DNA of 64,000 bases from Octopus vulgaris (Eukaryota): the NCBI GenBank assembly GCA_951406725.2, contig OX597816.1, positions 31,806,001 through 31,870,000 of the forward strand, written 5' to 3'. The notes under the pieces were generated by a model. That model was not told the DNA's origin. It did not search any database and was given only the letters and a program-made list of their open reading frames with translations. How positions within the stretch are numbered: the stretch's first letter is position 1; each line of letters opens with the position of its first letter. Position numbers and translations under genes: made by a program. Below are positions 50,294-64,000 of the stretch, piece after piece.

Positions 50294-53289
50294 CATATAA
50301 GGATGAAACTTTGTTGCTGCAAACTCTTAAATCCAACTATGACTGAATGCCGACATCTCACATTGTAGGCATTTCATTAGGATACATGTGGAATTTAATA
50401 TTTTTGGGTTGGCTTGAAATAAAGCCGAGGATCAGGGATTATTTCTCGCTGAGATTCAATTCCATTAATGCGCGGAATATTTGGGAAGATATATCATTCA
50501 TCATTAATGGTCGAATTCGGAGTGGAGAATTGAAATTATATTAACTACCTCTACCATATATACCATAAAATGAGTATTAGCTTTTTGAACTTAACAATCA
50601 CAATAAGTACTATTGCCATACTATACCTAAGTAGCTGCTGATCAATGCTATCACAGCGAACAATATCATCATTTATTCGACAAATGGTCGCAGTATACAT
50701 TATAGCATGCAAATAATAATAACGTGATTCATGCCATCATATTTTATACAAGTAGACGTAGAAAAAATAACTAAATAAGTGCAAAATTTGAAAAAGTGAT
50801 TCAAATCATAACATTGCAGAGACGTAAGATAATCAGTGATTTGAAAATAAATCAAGAATGTGTTTTTAGTATAGGATATATATGTCTAAATATTTCATAT
50901 GAATAAAAGATTGCTTTGCCAAGAAAGTTCAACTCATGTCTTCCCAGCAAGATGATCAATTGTGATTTTGCCAAATTATTTTTATAGCGAGGTTTATGAA
51001 ATATTTTGAAATTCAGGGGGCATTTTGTAATAGATGTCCTGACTATTAGAATTAGCTTACTGAACAGTAGGACGTATTTGAGAATTGGTATATAAATCAA
51101 AGAAGTCATGTGGTGCACAATACTAAACTTATATATTATCATTTTTGCCTTGGCACATAAGTATTAGTGAGATATATGTAATTTAGAAATTATATAAATT
51201 ATTAACTATTTATAAACGACCTATGACAATCATACGTAGCATTAAGTTACCTAATTAAAATTTCTAATATATCTTACTATTAGACAAAAGAGTGGAATCT
51301 CTAGGAATACGTTGCATAATCGTTCCCTGTAATTTACAAATAAATATAAATGAACCTTAGGTTAGTGAATCCTTCCATTACACTGATGCCGTCATATCTA
51401 TAACTAAAAGAGAGTTTGTGTGTGTATGTGTGTGCGAGAGTTGGTGTGTGTATGTGTGTGCGTATGTTCCGTATGCATTCCAAAATAGAGTTGCCCACTT
51501 TGACGCTTGAGATATCTAACGAGTCAGTAGTCTGTTGGTTATCAACTAAACAATGTTTTCATTCATATATCTCCATCATAAAATATGAACATTGCCATAT
51601 TACTTTTATTGACCTATAGTAAACGACATTCTATATCACCACGATCACGACGAAGACGTCACATTTTCTATATGAGTGTTTTAGCGCGTTTGTTACATAC
51701 GTTAACTTCATAACTGACAGGTATATGTATGTGAAGGTATATGTGTCTGTCAGTATACCTGTATTTTTGTTCGACTGACGCACACACAGTTAAAGTCTCG
51801 AGTTTTGTGTTAATGTATGTGTGTGTGTTTGTCTTAGTTTATGTATAAAATTTCCTCCTGCCCAACATCGAAACACGCCGATATTGAAAGTTTACTTGCG
51901 GCCAGGACGTTAAACGAACAACGTTCTGCGTCACGTCCTATAACATGAAAATTTAACACCACTCACAATGGTCACAAATATATCTGTAAAAATATCATTC
52001 TGGTTATTATAACAAATTTGGAAACTTGGCGAAGAAAGCCCCATCAGCTCTTTAAAAATGATTATAGAATTATTCGTCCACTCCTTCTAACAGGTCTTCC
52101 TAAGCTTCTTCATCGCTGTGTGTATCCACGTTGTACAATATTTTTACTGCGTTATTATTTATTCTACAGCGTATAACGTTACGCCGTCAAAAATACATAG
52201 TAAGATCAAATTAATTTGTATCTTTCGACATACAACATTCTGCAAATATTTTAAATTAACGTTCACAAGAACAACGATTCCCTTCTATACAGCGGGCTCT
52301 GTGTTCGTTTCAAAATTGTAAAACAGATTATTTTTGCACGAAAAATAGGATTATACATTCTGAATTTACAGTGATTTTCATTTTCTTCTCCGTGATATTC
52401 AATCATGAATTTTATAACATTTAGTATATGTTCCAAATACATTTTGTCTTTCTCTACTTTGTTACATTGGTGACGCATGGTAACTTTTGCTAAGTTTTTC
52501 AAAGCAAAACTATGCTACAGAACTTACGTATTTCACCTATAATGTCTACGTTTAGTAAATTTTGCTAACTTGGTGTCTTTCCCATTTTTATATCATACAT
52601 ATGCAATAGAAAGTATGTTTTGCATCTATATTGACTACATTTCGTTTCGTTTGAACGTCGTATGCATGCAATTTCTTACTTTCATATATTGTCAATTCTA
52701 TGAGTGTGTGCTTGTGTTTTTGTGCGTTTCTTCGTTCCTGGCATTTACGTAGTAAAGAACATTTTTACTCTGTATTAATGAGCTGACATCTAATGAAGCA
52801 GTCATACTTATGGTTGATGATCCTCATGAAAGTCATGATATCCTCATTCTTGTTTGTGTTAACAACCTAAAGCGTATTACACAGACGCATCCGTCTGATG
52901 TTGCTCTCCAGTACATACTTATTCTGTGGAATGGACAAGATGGGTGTCATTTCTGTTTTCCCCGGATTGAATCTGTAGTTGGCTAGCCAGTTATAAACAA
53001 AAGCTGTCGTCTAATGATTATAAACACAATGTATAAATATATATGATAGATTAAAAGCTATGAATTAAGCATCTTACGATCATTTCGCAGAAGATTTGTC
53101 CCTATAATGAATTCCTATATTGACAAGCATTTATAGATAACGCTTCTGCTCGTCAGAGACATAAAATATGAATATTGTATAACATATCGTATGATAGTTT
53201 TTTTTTATTTGAAGTAAAACTGTAAAATGGTATTTGTTTGAAATATAAATTAAAATTTAGAAATTATTACTTTTGAGTAGAGTCTTTAA

Positions 53290-53430
53290 ATACCAATATA
53301 CTTCCTTGGTTGGGATTAGCTGGCGCGTAGATATTCGAGAAGAAAGTTGTCCGGAACAAATTACAGTAGGACTGAACCCGAGACAATATATATGCAAAGG
53401 GACCACTTTTGCAACACGGCCATGTCTCTG
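53290..53430 (-). mobile_element. Decayed tRNA-derived SINE head
   Basis: Minus strand catggccgtgt...gggttcagtcc...ggacaactttcttct is similar to 13590-13690. Confidence 0.5.
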
Positions 53431-54927
53431 TCTAAATCTATGATTGCACATATTGCACTACCGTCGTAAATATTTTTCTGTAGCCACCGGTTTGTTTTCT
53501 TGACGTATTTTGCATTGTATCAACATTGACTGTCATGGCAGCCAGTCTCGGTAGAATTCTTCCCGCCCATGCTTTAACGCATAATGTCTGTATTCCGTTG
53601 CGTTAGATTGTTCTCTGACATCATGTCATTTACTGACGAGATTATTAACTTCAACTCGAAATCTGCAATGTAATCTAAAATATTTGTTTGAGTATTACTG
53701 CTGCACAAATATTTGAATTATTACTATATCAATTCGAAAATTATTGCTTCAACCGTTGAGGTTTAGGGAATATAATCTCTGATTCCTTTTATGATTCATT
53801 AGATACCTCAACATATGTTCCCCATATTTTGTCTCGCTTTGCTCCCACTTAATCTTCAGAGACTACTTCATTTATCTAGAAAATATATTCTAAAACGAGT
53901 TTTTGTTGTGCAAAATAGATATAGAAAAACAAAACAATAGCAGAAACTACCGAGAATTTAAATCGGTGATGACTGAATATTTAATAACTGGTCGGACGAT
54001 TTTATTTCAACGTCGTATAGAAAGCTTGCATATGTAAATATTAATTTTTCTTGATATGTTAGATTTTATTCAGTATATATTGTAGTAAACTACTAGACGA
54101 TGAATTGTTTGTTACTAGCTTCTGGAATTTTATTTAATTACTAATATCTATCCATATTGTCACACATATATCAGTGCTGTAGTTCCATACTCGATTCTAA
54201 CAGCAAAATAATATGCAATTTCCAAATATTGTACTTGTAGTTTAGCGTTTAAAAGTATGAAATTCGATGGCTACTGTAATTTCAGAATGCAATACACTTC
54301 TACATTATCTTTAGTTATCATATGTTGTCTATCCTATATCACAGTCTACGGTTTAATGAGAAAAACATTTATGTTAAGTAGTCATGTAATACATGTAATA
54401 TACACCAAAATATTCAGTATTTTGCATATGGATAGAAAACATATAAACATACAAAGCAGGTTTTGTGGATATTCAAAAGTTTTATGAAAATCGTTATAAT
54501 TATATTCTATAAGAATACTGTTGACTAACTCATAAAAATGTGAGTGAAGAGGTATTGCGACTATCATAAACTTAAAGTGTGGTATGATTAAGACATATTG
54601 TCGGATGAAGACGATAGTTATGTTTAGAAATTAATTCTTGTGAGAAAGAGATAAATGGTAAAAACCTAGCATTCTTTGCTGTCTGACCAATCGTAATTTT
54701 CATACTTCTCAACTTATAAAATGTCATCCAAATTCAGAATATTGTATATATAGCAACATCAAAATGATTAAATACTTGTATACTCTTGATTGACAAGAGA
54801 TATACATTGCCTGATAAAATTCCTAACATGTGGAAGCAACACTGTTATATACGACGCTTAAATGCTATGTTAATATCGATGCGTCATAGCATCTGTTGAT
54901 CGATTCAACTGACACATTCGTCGTCGT

Positions 54928-55325
54928 ATGGCGGCGAGCTAGGCGAAATGCTTAGCGCATTTCGTCTGCCGCTACGTTCTGAGTTCAAATTCCGCCGAGG
55001 TCGACTTTGCTTTTCATCCTTTCGGGGTCGATTAAATAAGTACCAGTTACGCACTGGGGTCGATGTAATCGACTTAATCCGTGTGTCTGTCCTTGTGGGT
55101 CCTCTCTGTGTTTAGCCCCTTGTGGGTAGTAAAGGAATAGGTATTTCGCCTGCCGCTACGTTCTGAGTTCAAATTCCGCCGAGGTCGACTTTGCCTTTTA
55201 TCCTTTCGAGGTCGATTAAATAAGGACCAGTCACGCACTGGGGTCGATATAATCGACTTAATCCGTTTTTCTGTTTTTGCTTGTCCCCTCTGTGTTTAGT
55301 CCCTTGTGGGTAGTAAAGTAATAAA
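54928..55325 (+). mobile_element. tRNA-derived SINE with a tandem duplication of its ~185-bp body
   Basis: atttcg.ctgccgctacgttctgagttcaaattccgccgaggtcgac occurs at about 54959 and about 55144. Confidence 0.85.
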
Positions 55326-56287
55326 TAATATGAAGCATTCGTCGTCGTAACCGACGGAATGCCCGGTAGGTATTGATGCACACTAACGTTTTATAATATC
55401 TGCTTGAGAAAATCTTATTCAATGATTCACATGATAATTAATAAACAATTACTGAAACAGTAAACATTATTAAATAATTTATAGAAATTGAAAGAGAAGT
55501 AATATAATTTCAACAACAGATTTTTCGAAAACACATTAAAATTAATATTCTAAATCTGAAATTTCAATTCGTTATTACATTTTATATTAGTAATCTGGTA
55601 AAGAGGAACAATTCAAAAAAGATATTCAAATGTAAATATATATTTTGTTTCAATTTAAGTGCATCTCTGTGTGTCTTTGTGTGTCTCTGTTAATGTCACC
55701 GTGTGTGCATGAGTACGTAAGCGATTACGTTTTTGTGTATTTCCACAATTATAATTCACAAGGAAAGAATAATGTTTTTCCTTTACATTCTTAAATCATG
55801 TTCATGATGGATATTCATTAAATTTCATTTTTATTATAATTAACTTAAGCATCTCAAAGTTATATCAACGACGACTTGTGTTCTGGAAATACAGAAGTAT
55901 GTCTATAATTACATTGCATCTACATTTTAAAATTAAATGATTGTTTTAAGACAAACCGTTGAGATTTGTAGGTGCTGGCTAGCTACCGTATTCACACAAA
56001 ATATATGTCAACTGCTCGATTGTATGCTTGTTGTCCTCTAGTCATATATATCTATGCATTCGTCGTTGTCCATAGGAATGCGACGCTAGGGATATTTGTT
56101 TCTTTTTCTTCATTTATTTCCTGTGGTTATATTATGAAATCTTTCCAGAACTGATATTCACTTTCGCTTAATGTTCCCTTAATAATTATAGTGATAATAA
56201 TAATGATAATAAAAATAATAATAACAACAACAACAACAAGACGAACAACAACGATAACAATAATAATAATAATAATAATAATAATGA

Positions 56288-56461
56288 TATTCTTTTTTAA
56301 TTTATGTACTAGACATTCACTAGTACAACACAAAAAACCCCCAAATATATGGCACACTAGTCATAACAACAACGTGAACTTCCCACCTGTTGTCTCTTGA
56401 GGTCTCTGGGTGAGACTTGGAGCCAACTTGTACAGATATAAAGCAAAAGTCAAACATAGAA
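56288..56461 (+). mobile_element. Isolated 3' UTR of R4/Dong-clade family A inside (AAT)n
   Basis: Matches 41630-41791 and is followed by (AAT)n. Confidence 0.88.
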
Positions 56462-56463
56462 TG

Positions 56464-56498
<35 letters not shown>

Positions 56499-56499
56499 T

Positions 56500-56990
56500 T
56501 GATGTATTTGCCACAAGGGATAATACAAAGACAAACATAATGTGTGGAGGCTTACATATGATGAAGTTTTGAAAACGAAAAGGGGAGGGAACAAACAAAT
56601 TATGTATACACGGTATACAGTGAGAAAGAAAGGACATATGAATAGCTTACAAAGGTTAAACAAAATAGTGGCAGGGTCGATGATAGAGATGTGACACCCA
56701 TGATGCAGGAAAATCTCTGCGTATAATCACGGAACACCATTGTGCGAGATTTCCCTGAAACCTCAGGAGAAAGAGCCCCCTCCAATCACTTCTCCGAGGT
56801 ACAAGTCTACACCTCGACAGGTGCCGACCAATCTTTCCATTTTTGCAACACTCACACACCTTTCAATAAGAACACTCAATGATAGCACTTCCTCACTGCT
56901 CTCAAATTCCTTTGTAAGTGAAAATTCAGGGCCATAACAAAGACACTGAAGTAGAGCGTGCAGAACGGTTTCGTCACTCTGAGCGCAAGT
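56500..56990 (-). mobile_element. Possible decayed 3' fragment of an L1/Tx1-like LINE
   Basis: Elevated GC. Minus strand LNFHLQR...EEVLSLSVLIERCVSVAKM is reminiscent of Tx1-like ORF2 C-termini. Weak evidence. Confidence 0.3.
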
Positions 56991-57289
56991 CTACCAGCAT
57001 AACCACACCTGTAGAATTTATTTGGAATCTCAGTTCGAGACATATGTCAAACAAATCGCAATTGACTTGAGAACAGAGTAAACCCCAAAAGCCGCTCTGC
57101 TGGGGACAGGTAAGATTTTGAGAATGGTAATTGTATGCCAAATGTTTGCTACGATAATTAAGAACCAAATACCAAAGCATATAAGGTGTAGAATAAGTAC
57201 CTATATGATCTGTGACGGTAGGCTGCGGTACGCACTCATACGATATACCAGAATAAACGACTCCTAATATACTTAAATGTAAAACGAAA

Positions 57290-57465
<176 letters not shown>

Positions 57466-57949
57466 TAATTAGCTAATATTCGCCGGAATTCCATAGAAAA
57501 AGGTTGCCCATTGACGCGCTTCTCCGAAAAAAACTACTGCACTTACATGCCATTTTTAATACACAAAAAATGGATGCAAATAATGATAGAAAAACACTCA
57601 TCTCCTGAGGAGGTATATCCTAGCACGACAAATTCTCACAGTGTATTACTCGACGAAATTGCCTCAGACACTGAATCACCTGAGAGTTATTAGTGTCAGT
57701 TGAAAGACATCACCGAACTTAACAATCCACAAACGAAACTTCTATGAGAATGGCTGAAGTTCCAATACACCAACCTTGGAGATCACAGCAATTTTTGCCA
57801 AATTAGCTATTCAAAGAAAAATAGATAATTAATATACAATGGCGGTGCCCCAGCATGGCCACAGCTTGAGCTGAAACTAGATGAAATAAAAAAATAAAAA
57901 AAATAAAGGTAAATGACGTTATAAATTCCAGCTTGAGGGAAAATGAATT

Positions 57950-59915
57950 TCGCTTTACTTTGCTGAATACTCTACACTATTCTGCTGCTTTAAGAACGGC
58001 TACAATGAGTTAATTTCAAATGAAGAGAAAGTTTGAATAAACAAACATTCACAGATGAGAGGCAATTAGAAATAAATTATAGTACTGATTAAAATGATTG
58101 TAAGCCAAAAAAAAGTTCTTAACGCACTAGAAGCGAAGAAGTTGACTAGAATGTGTGACAAAACAATACGTGAAATTGATGACGTAATGGAAGAAATCAG
58201 GTAAAGTGTCCAAGTGAAGGCATCGTGGATAAGGAGGCTTGAAAATTTACCACAGTAGTTTTTCAAGGCACAAAAATTTATTTCGAAAAAATAAGGTCTG
58301 AAACATTTTCTAGAAAAAAAATGCAAAACTAGTATAACTACTGAGACCTCACCTACCGAGGGGCACTCGAAACATTTTTAGACTTAAAGGGAAAATATGG
58401 AAGCATATTTCTGTTGATCTCATGACTACAATGAAAATAGAAATCAACTGGGAAAGATGAAGTACCAGTCTTTTGGCACAATTCTGTCCCTTAAACTAAA
58501 AGGGGACTGATAACCCCCTCTTTCCTCTACGATGCCATTGTGCATGACCTCGGAAAAATTCATTACTCATTTGTTTATGGAATCACTTACTGATGAAAAT
58601 AATAATCCCAGGATTACCGATCGATTACATACCTTACAAACAGGTATAGTATTCTAACATTCATGATTACTGAATGTACTTATACCTTTCTGGTGAAGGC
58701 TTAGTGTCTAAGTTGTAAGTGACACTCCTCTAGTTGAAAAGGCTAGCTCTCGATGAATAATATGGTACTGAGAAATTGCCACAAAGAACGCACAATTATT
58801 TCTATTATGTAGATTAGGTGCAAAAAGACATTTAACAATTCTGGAATGAGAAATTCATGGAAATATTGGAAAATAATGTCAAATGCTAATGCATGTTCTT
58901 AAAGAAAAAAGCACCTAAAAGCTAACTAACAGACAGGAAAGGGAGTCTATCATCATCGAGGATTATATTCCGAAAAAAAAAAGATAAAAACCATTAGGTA
59001 TCTGTTAAAAGGAATGGCATCCTCCACTCACACATTGGCGAAAGTATTCGGAGGGAATGTTATCAGAGCGTTATAGCCATCCTAGACAGCGAGATTAAAG
59101 CAAGAATCTGGATTGACGCTTTGAAAGCTTTATCGGCATTAACATCATAAAATAGTCCATTCGTGAAATCAGTAAAATCAGTATAAGATACTGAAGCTTC
59201 TCACAATTTACCGCATGCATCAACGAAAGAGATATGTAAATACATTCAACCTCCGTTGAAAGACAAGCGGACGAGGAATGCACGAATAAAAGCTCCAAAA
59301 ATATGTACTCTAAATCAGAGGAAGTAACGACGTTCAGGAATTGAGGACCAAGAAAGTGATACACAGTTAGATAAAACAGATAGCAAAGTATAAAAAAAGC
59401 ACAGGCCTAATTAAATGGAATCTCAATGCCGCGAAGTACATGGAAATGTTAGCTATTGCATATCAAATACCCTACAAAGGTCAACTATCCGTATGTACAT
59501 AAAATTATGATCCAGCAGTGGTTGGCAAGAGACGGACTTCAATCAGAAAGAGAGGACTTCACTAAGCAGCTCAGGATCAATGTTTGCCCACCAAAAACTA
59601 CCAAGTAAGCATTCGTAAAAACAGTGTAGTCCTTGCCTGATGGTCCTGTGATCAGCCGGTGAAGCAAATCGACCACTTCATTTCCAGTTATTCTATAGTA
59701 GCCTTAAAGCAATATATTATTTCCCAGGATAGGCTTGTCAAGGTTCGGCAACTGGTGTATTTGCCGTTTGAGAACTAGCGGGAACATCAGTGGCACCTAA
59801 GGAAAACAACTACAACTGTGTTTTGCGGAGTTTTTGTACCAAGAAACCCTAAAGTGTCAGAGCTACAAAAATTGATGTCATGAGTAATGCCCACATCCTT
59901 AGAAAAATAATGTGA
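57950..59915 (+). mobile_element. Highly degraded R4/Dong-clade element
   Basis: QQWLARDGLQSE...AAQDQCLPTKNYQ at about 59515-59605, AHILRKI at about 59890, and a GD.LSPL-like remnant at about 58500. Confidence 0.7.
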
Positions 59916-60184
59916 ATTTGAAAACATCACATACTCTTCAAACTATATAAAACCTTAAATATCACAAATTTATTAGATTCTAGCTTAATTCCAATACGTT
60001 GTATAGATGGTAATCATAAGTAACACCCGCAGTGAACCATTTAGCATGTGGCATCTAGGTGAAACTTGGAACATCTGGTATAAGAGAAGAGAATAATAGC
60101 TCCATAATAATAAAAACAAAAAAAGAAAATCAGCAACAGTAACAGTAATAACCCTGTCTAATAAATGCATAAGACTTGAAAGTT

Positions 60185-60285
60185 TGGTAGAGCGGATAAG
60201 TTGATTACATCGACACCAGTGTTTCCCTGCTACTTGATTTCTCGACCACGAAAGAATGAAAGGCGAAATCGACCTCCGCTGAATC
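60185..60285 (-). mobile_element. Decayed SINE fragment
   Basis: cgaaagaatgaaaggcgaaatcgacctc is the reverse complement of the SINE core at 54995-55030. Confidence 0.65.
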
Positions 60286-60289
60286 TATC

Positions 60290-61200
60290 ATTGGGATTTA
60301 CTGAATCCACGACAACCTTGGGAGAACCACAAGGACAGCTTATCTGATGACATCCTTCATGTAGCTCGACGGTTGCATGGGCCAAGTTTCTTCTACTCGG
60401 ATTATATACACCGAAGCATTACGGCATTTAGAAGACATACTTAATTCCATTGGGTGCAGAAGCTTATCCGACTACGGCATTCCAACAACTTCAGTTGAAC
60501 ATTACAGACTTTCAAGAAAAGTCATTCGAGAAAGAGCATACGACTTCGATGCCTTGAAAAGGCATCGAAGTCGTAGCTGAGCAAAGGTCTGTTTACTATG
60601 AAATTGTAGTGCCTACGTTGCAAGGAGAAGGTCGTCATTTTTTTTCATTTATGCACCAGGAGGACGGGGAAATCGTTTCTACTCAACCTACTTTTGGCAA
60701 AAATAAGGCAAATCGGAAACTTAGCGATTGCAGTCGCATGATCACGGATAGCGGAAACTTTGTTTACAGTTGCACGAACAGCTCCCCTCGATGTTGAAAT
60801 TACTGTTCAATTTGACTTCAGCGGACGCCCAGATGTACAATACTTCAAATCGATCACGAACGGCAGACGTTCTGCTCCAAACTACACTTATTGTCTGACG
60901 TTGAATGCACGATGCCACAACATGGTGCACTAGAAGCCCTAGATAGGTTACTCAGGGATATTAGAAACAACACTGCCATTATAGGGGGTGGCTAAGCTGT
61001 TGTTAGTGTTGGGGTTTTCCATCAAATATAACCAGTCATACCACGCCAGCTGATGAGATCTATGCATGTCTCAGGTCTTCAGGTCTGTTGAGATTTGCAC
61101 ACCAGCTTTTATTAATCAACTATATGCGAACTCATCTCTACAACAAACCCTCAGCTAAAGAATTCAGTCATCAACTTCTATAAATTGGAAATTGCTAGTC
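60290..61200 (+). pseudogene. Helitron RepHel PIF1 helicase remnant
   Basis: WENHKDSLSDDILH, SRIAETLFTVARTA, ECTMPQHGALEALDRLLRDIRNN. Many frameshifts. Confidence 0.85.
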
Positions 61201-61344
61201 GATTATATAGAATAGACTTGTTTTTGTGCGTATTAATTTTTCACGCAAACAGGGCTTCACGATTTGTTTCCATACTTGCGATGAATGTCTAATTTGACCT
61301 CGGATACATAATAGTTCTTCATTTTCTATTTTTTTTATTTATAA

Positions 61345-61738
61345 CTAGCAGTATCACCCGGTGTTGCTCGGGTTTGTAAGTGAAATAACTGTATAAGCAT
61401 TTTTAGAGATGTAAAGTATAATAGCCATCTCAATATGGCTAACCACAAAGGTGGGGTGTTACTGTAGCTTTTTACGTTCTGAGATTTAATAATACATTTT
61501 AGAGAGTTACTTCCCTTATATATGCCAAAAGTGCATTAAAAATGGGAAAAATTGAGGGTAATTTTTTTTAAAATCGTAGATTCATCGTAGACGCGCGCTA
61601 ATTACCCAGAAGGCTCGATATGAATCACGACTATAAGATACCCGGTTTTGGTTAAACTGCACCGCAAAATGTGAGAGTAGTTAGGAATCTAAATCGTAGG
61701 AGACAGACAGCACACGACCTTACTTTTATATATAAAGA
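61345..61738 (-). mobile_element. Complete non-autonomous Helitron
   Basis: Minus strand A|TC...hairpin cccgagcaacaccggg...CTAG|T, with no target-site duplication. Confidence 0.9.
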
Positions 61739-62889
61739 TAAATAATATTGCTGTATATATATGATTCACTTCTTTAAAAAGGGTTTTTCCGGTATTGACC
61801 TAGCAACTGTCTAAACAATATTAATTCGTTGCAGGCGAAATTTTCCGTTTTCATTTGGAAGGAATCTTATTTTCTATTTCAATATTTTCATTTCAAGTTT
61901 TCATTCGTTAATTGCAACCAACAACGTTTAATTGCTGAATGAAATATTTATTAAGAAAGTGAGATTTTTTTCTAAATTCAAATTTTCAAGAAATTTTAGT
62001 TTCTGAAATTTCTTTTATTATTGAATATTTCAAGTTCACAAATTCAAATATTGGGCCCAAGATAGCTTTTAAAGAGGTTTTATTTATACGACATTTTTCA
62101 TTTCATGATTATTTCATTTATTGTTTGCAAAGTTTCTCTACCCACTTTGTATGTTTGCCTGTCTGTTTGTCTCTCTTCCTCAATATCTCTTTCTCTCTCT
62201 CTCAAACACACACAAACACACACACACACACATACACATACATGCATTCCATGCTGGATTTTGTTAATACACAAATATCACATTAGAATTTTGCAATTCA
62301 ACATAGGGCGTCCCCCAAAATATGGGCATTGTTTTCCTTGAACTTGCACGTTTCGTTAAATTCCGTAATATTTATTTATTTATTTATTTACTTGTTGCGC
62401 GGCGTTGCTCTATGCATTTGTAGTCAGTGACACACACACAAATATACGTGTGGTTTTCTATGTACGTTTGAATGCATTTGAAAGAGTGTGAGTGAAAGGA
62501 TATGTTGTCATATATACGCACATACCTAAATGCATATTCATACATCTTTTTTGCATGTATGTGTGAGTGTATTTGAGAGAGATAGAGACACACACACTAC
62601 CCCCCACCCACACAAGCAGTCATACATAAAAAAAGGATGTATGAATATTTATGTATGAACGTATATATCATAACATACTCCTTCACTCATTCTCTCTCTT
62701 ACCCCTCCCCGCAAACGTCCATTTCATATACGCGTCCATACATCGTTCGCTTTCGTCTTTCTTCAAAAATAAATAAATAAAATATGCGGAATTTAACGAA
62801 CAAAACCAGATATTCATTTTGACATTTTTACAGTTTCAACCGAAAGAATGACAAAATATGAAACTGAAAAAGAACATTTAGCACGAAAG

Positions 62890-63799
62890 TTACGAAGGCA
62901 GGCAATATCATAATAAAACATTGGAATTGGGAATCAGATATGAAAATATTATCAAGTGGTAAGCAGAAAACAGATAGCAGGGCGTTCTTTCTGGTATTAC
63001 TTAATAAAATTGATTTATTTACCTACGTTTTAACACTATCACCTTCGAAATACTCACCTTGTACAGCAATACACTGGTCCCAGCATTCCGGCCACTATTG
63101 TAATCCGGCCTGCAAAGCGTTTTCCGTAAGCTCGGGATCTCAACAATCGTGTATCAATTGCTGTCTTTGAGATGCATTTTTAGCTTGGGGAAGATATGGG
63201 TATCCGCAGAGGCTAAATCTCGCGAATAAGACGTGTGTAGAAGCGATACCATATTATTTTTCGGGATAGGCTAACATTTGACAAATGCTCAGTGTCAAGG
63301 TGCATGGGCTTCCTGAAGAAGCCAGATTTTCATGCTTCAAATATCCGGTTGCTGTTTGCTTAATGTCCTCCCTCACAGATGTCTAAACGTTGCAATAGAA
63401 CTCTCAATTGATGGTCTGGTCCTGCCGGACGAATGCTGATTGCCGAATACAACATTTCGGGGACTGACGCTCATGACAACTCTTCCAGATCCGTCATCTT
63501 CTTCGAGGATTGTTCTTCAAATTATATTGCGTTCGACCCATTGTCTCGTTACGGTACCCTTACCGAAGCATGCTTAATGTATGGGTCTTTGTCTCTGCCC
63601 ATTATAAAATCACAAACTACATCATACACGTGATCGCAAAACCACAAATTTCACAACTTGCGAAATAAACAGAGATATCTCTCGGCAAACTACCTAATGA
63701 ATGTCACTTCACAGCTCTCACAGAAGTACACAGCTGTGTGTCACCATTAGATGGTGTGTTACAGAACCAGTCTGGAAACTTTTTAATACCACCTAGTAC
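62890..63799 (-). mobile_element. Decayed Tc1/mariner-family transposon remnant
   Basis: Minus strand CWDQCIAVQGEYFE (mariner transposase C-terminus). Mariner-like terminus tactaggtggtattaaaaagtttccagact at the right end. The left TIR does not match well. Confidence 0.6.
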
Positions 63800-64000
63800 T
63801 ATGATAATGCAGTGGTGTATGAAATGCTGTTTTTGCGCTTTGGGATCAGCGCTTAGTTTTACAAATGTGAGATGTTTGTTATTTTGATTCTGATGAAATA
63901 CTAAACAGACATGTCTAGATAACCCTGAATTATATGTGGTGATTATATCCCTGTGCTATGGGATCATATGATACCCTTGGGTGGAATCGAAGGAGCAATG

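Noticed and set aside
53633-53680. ctgacga...gaaa hammerhead-like motif
   Set aside because: Stem II is weak and there is no convincing stem I or stem III pairing.

Overview
AT-rich, microsatellite-dense eukaryotic DNA with no recognisable host gene. The repeat complement is most consistent with a cephalopod (octopus-like) intergenic or intronic region; this is an inference. Almost all informative sequence is mobile-element derived: (1) a stack of R4/Dong-clade restriction-endonuclease (RLE) non-LTR retrotransposons from several families, most abutting (TAA)n tracts, including one uninterrupted 1272-aa ORF with a YMDD->YMDY catalytic change; (2) an apparently full-length CR1/L2-group LINE inside a (TA)n tract, with a CCCH zinc-finger ORF1 and a candidate -1 ribosomal frameshift into ORF2; (3) Helitron remnants and non-autonomous Helitrons; (4) tRNA-derived SINEs, and mariner and RTE remnants. 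The most interesting signal is a set of ORF-less 510-560 bp units inserted in (TA)n that carry type I hammerhead ribozyme motifs, resembling retrozymes or Penelope pseudo-LTRs. A young array of direct and inverted units at 48.0-50.2 kb has four complete hammerheads, a related monomer sits at 46.8-47.3 kb, and a copy with a decayed core sits at 2.7-3.7 kb. All structures were folded by eye; no database search was run.
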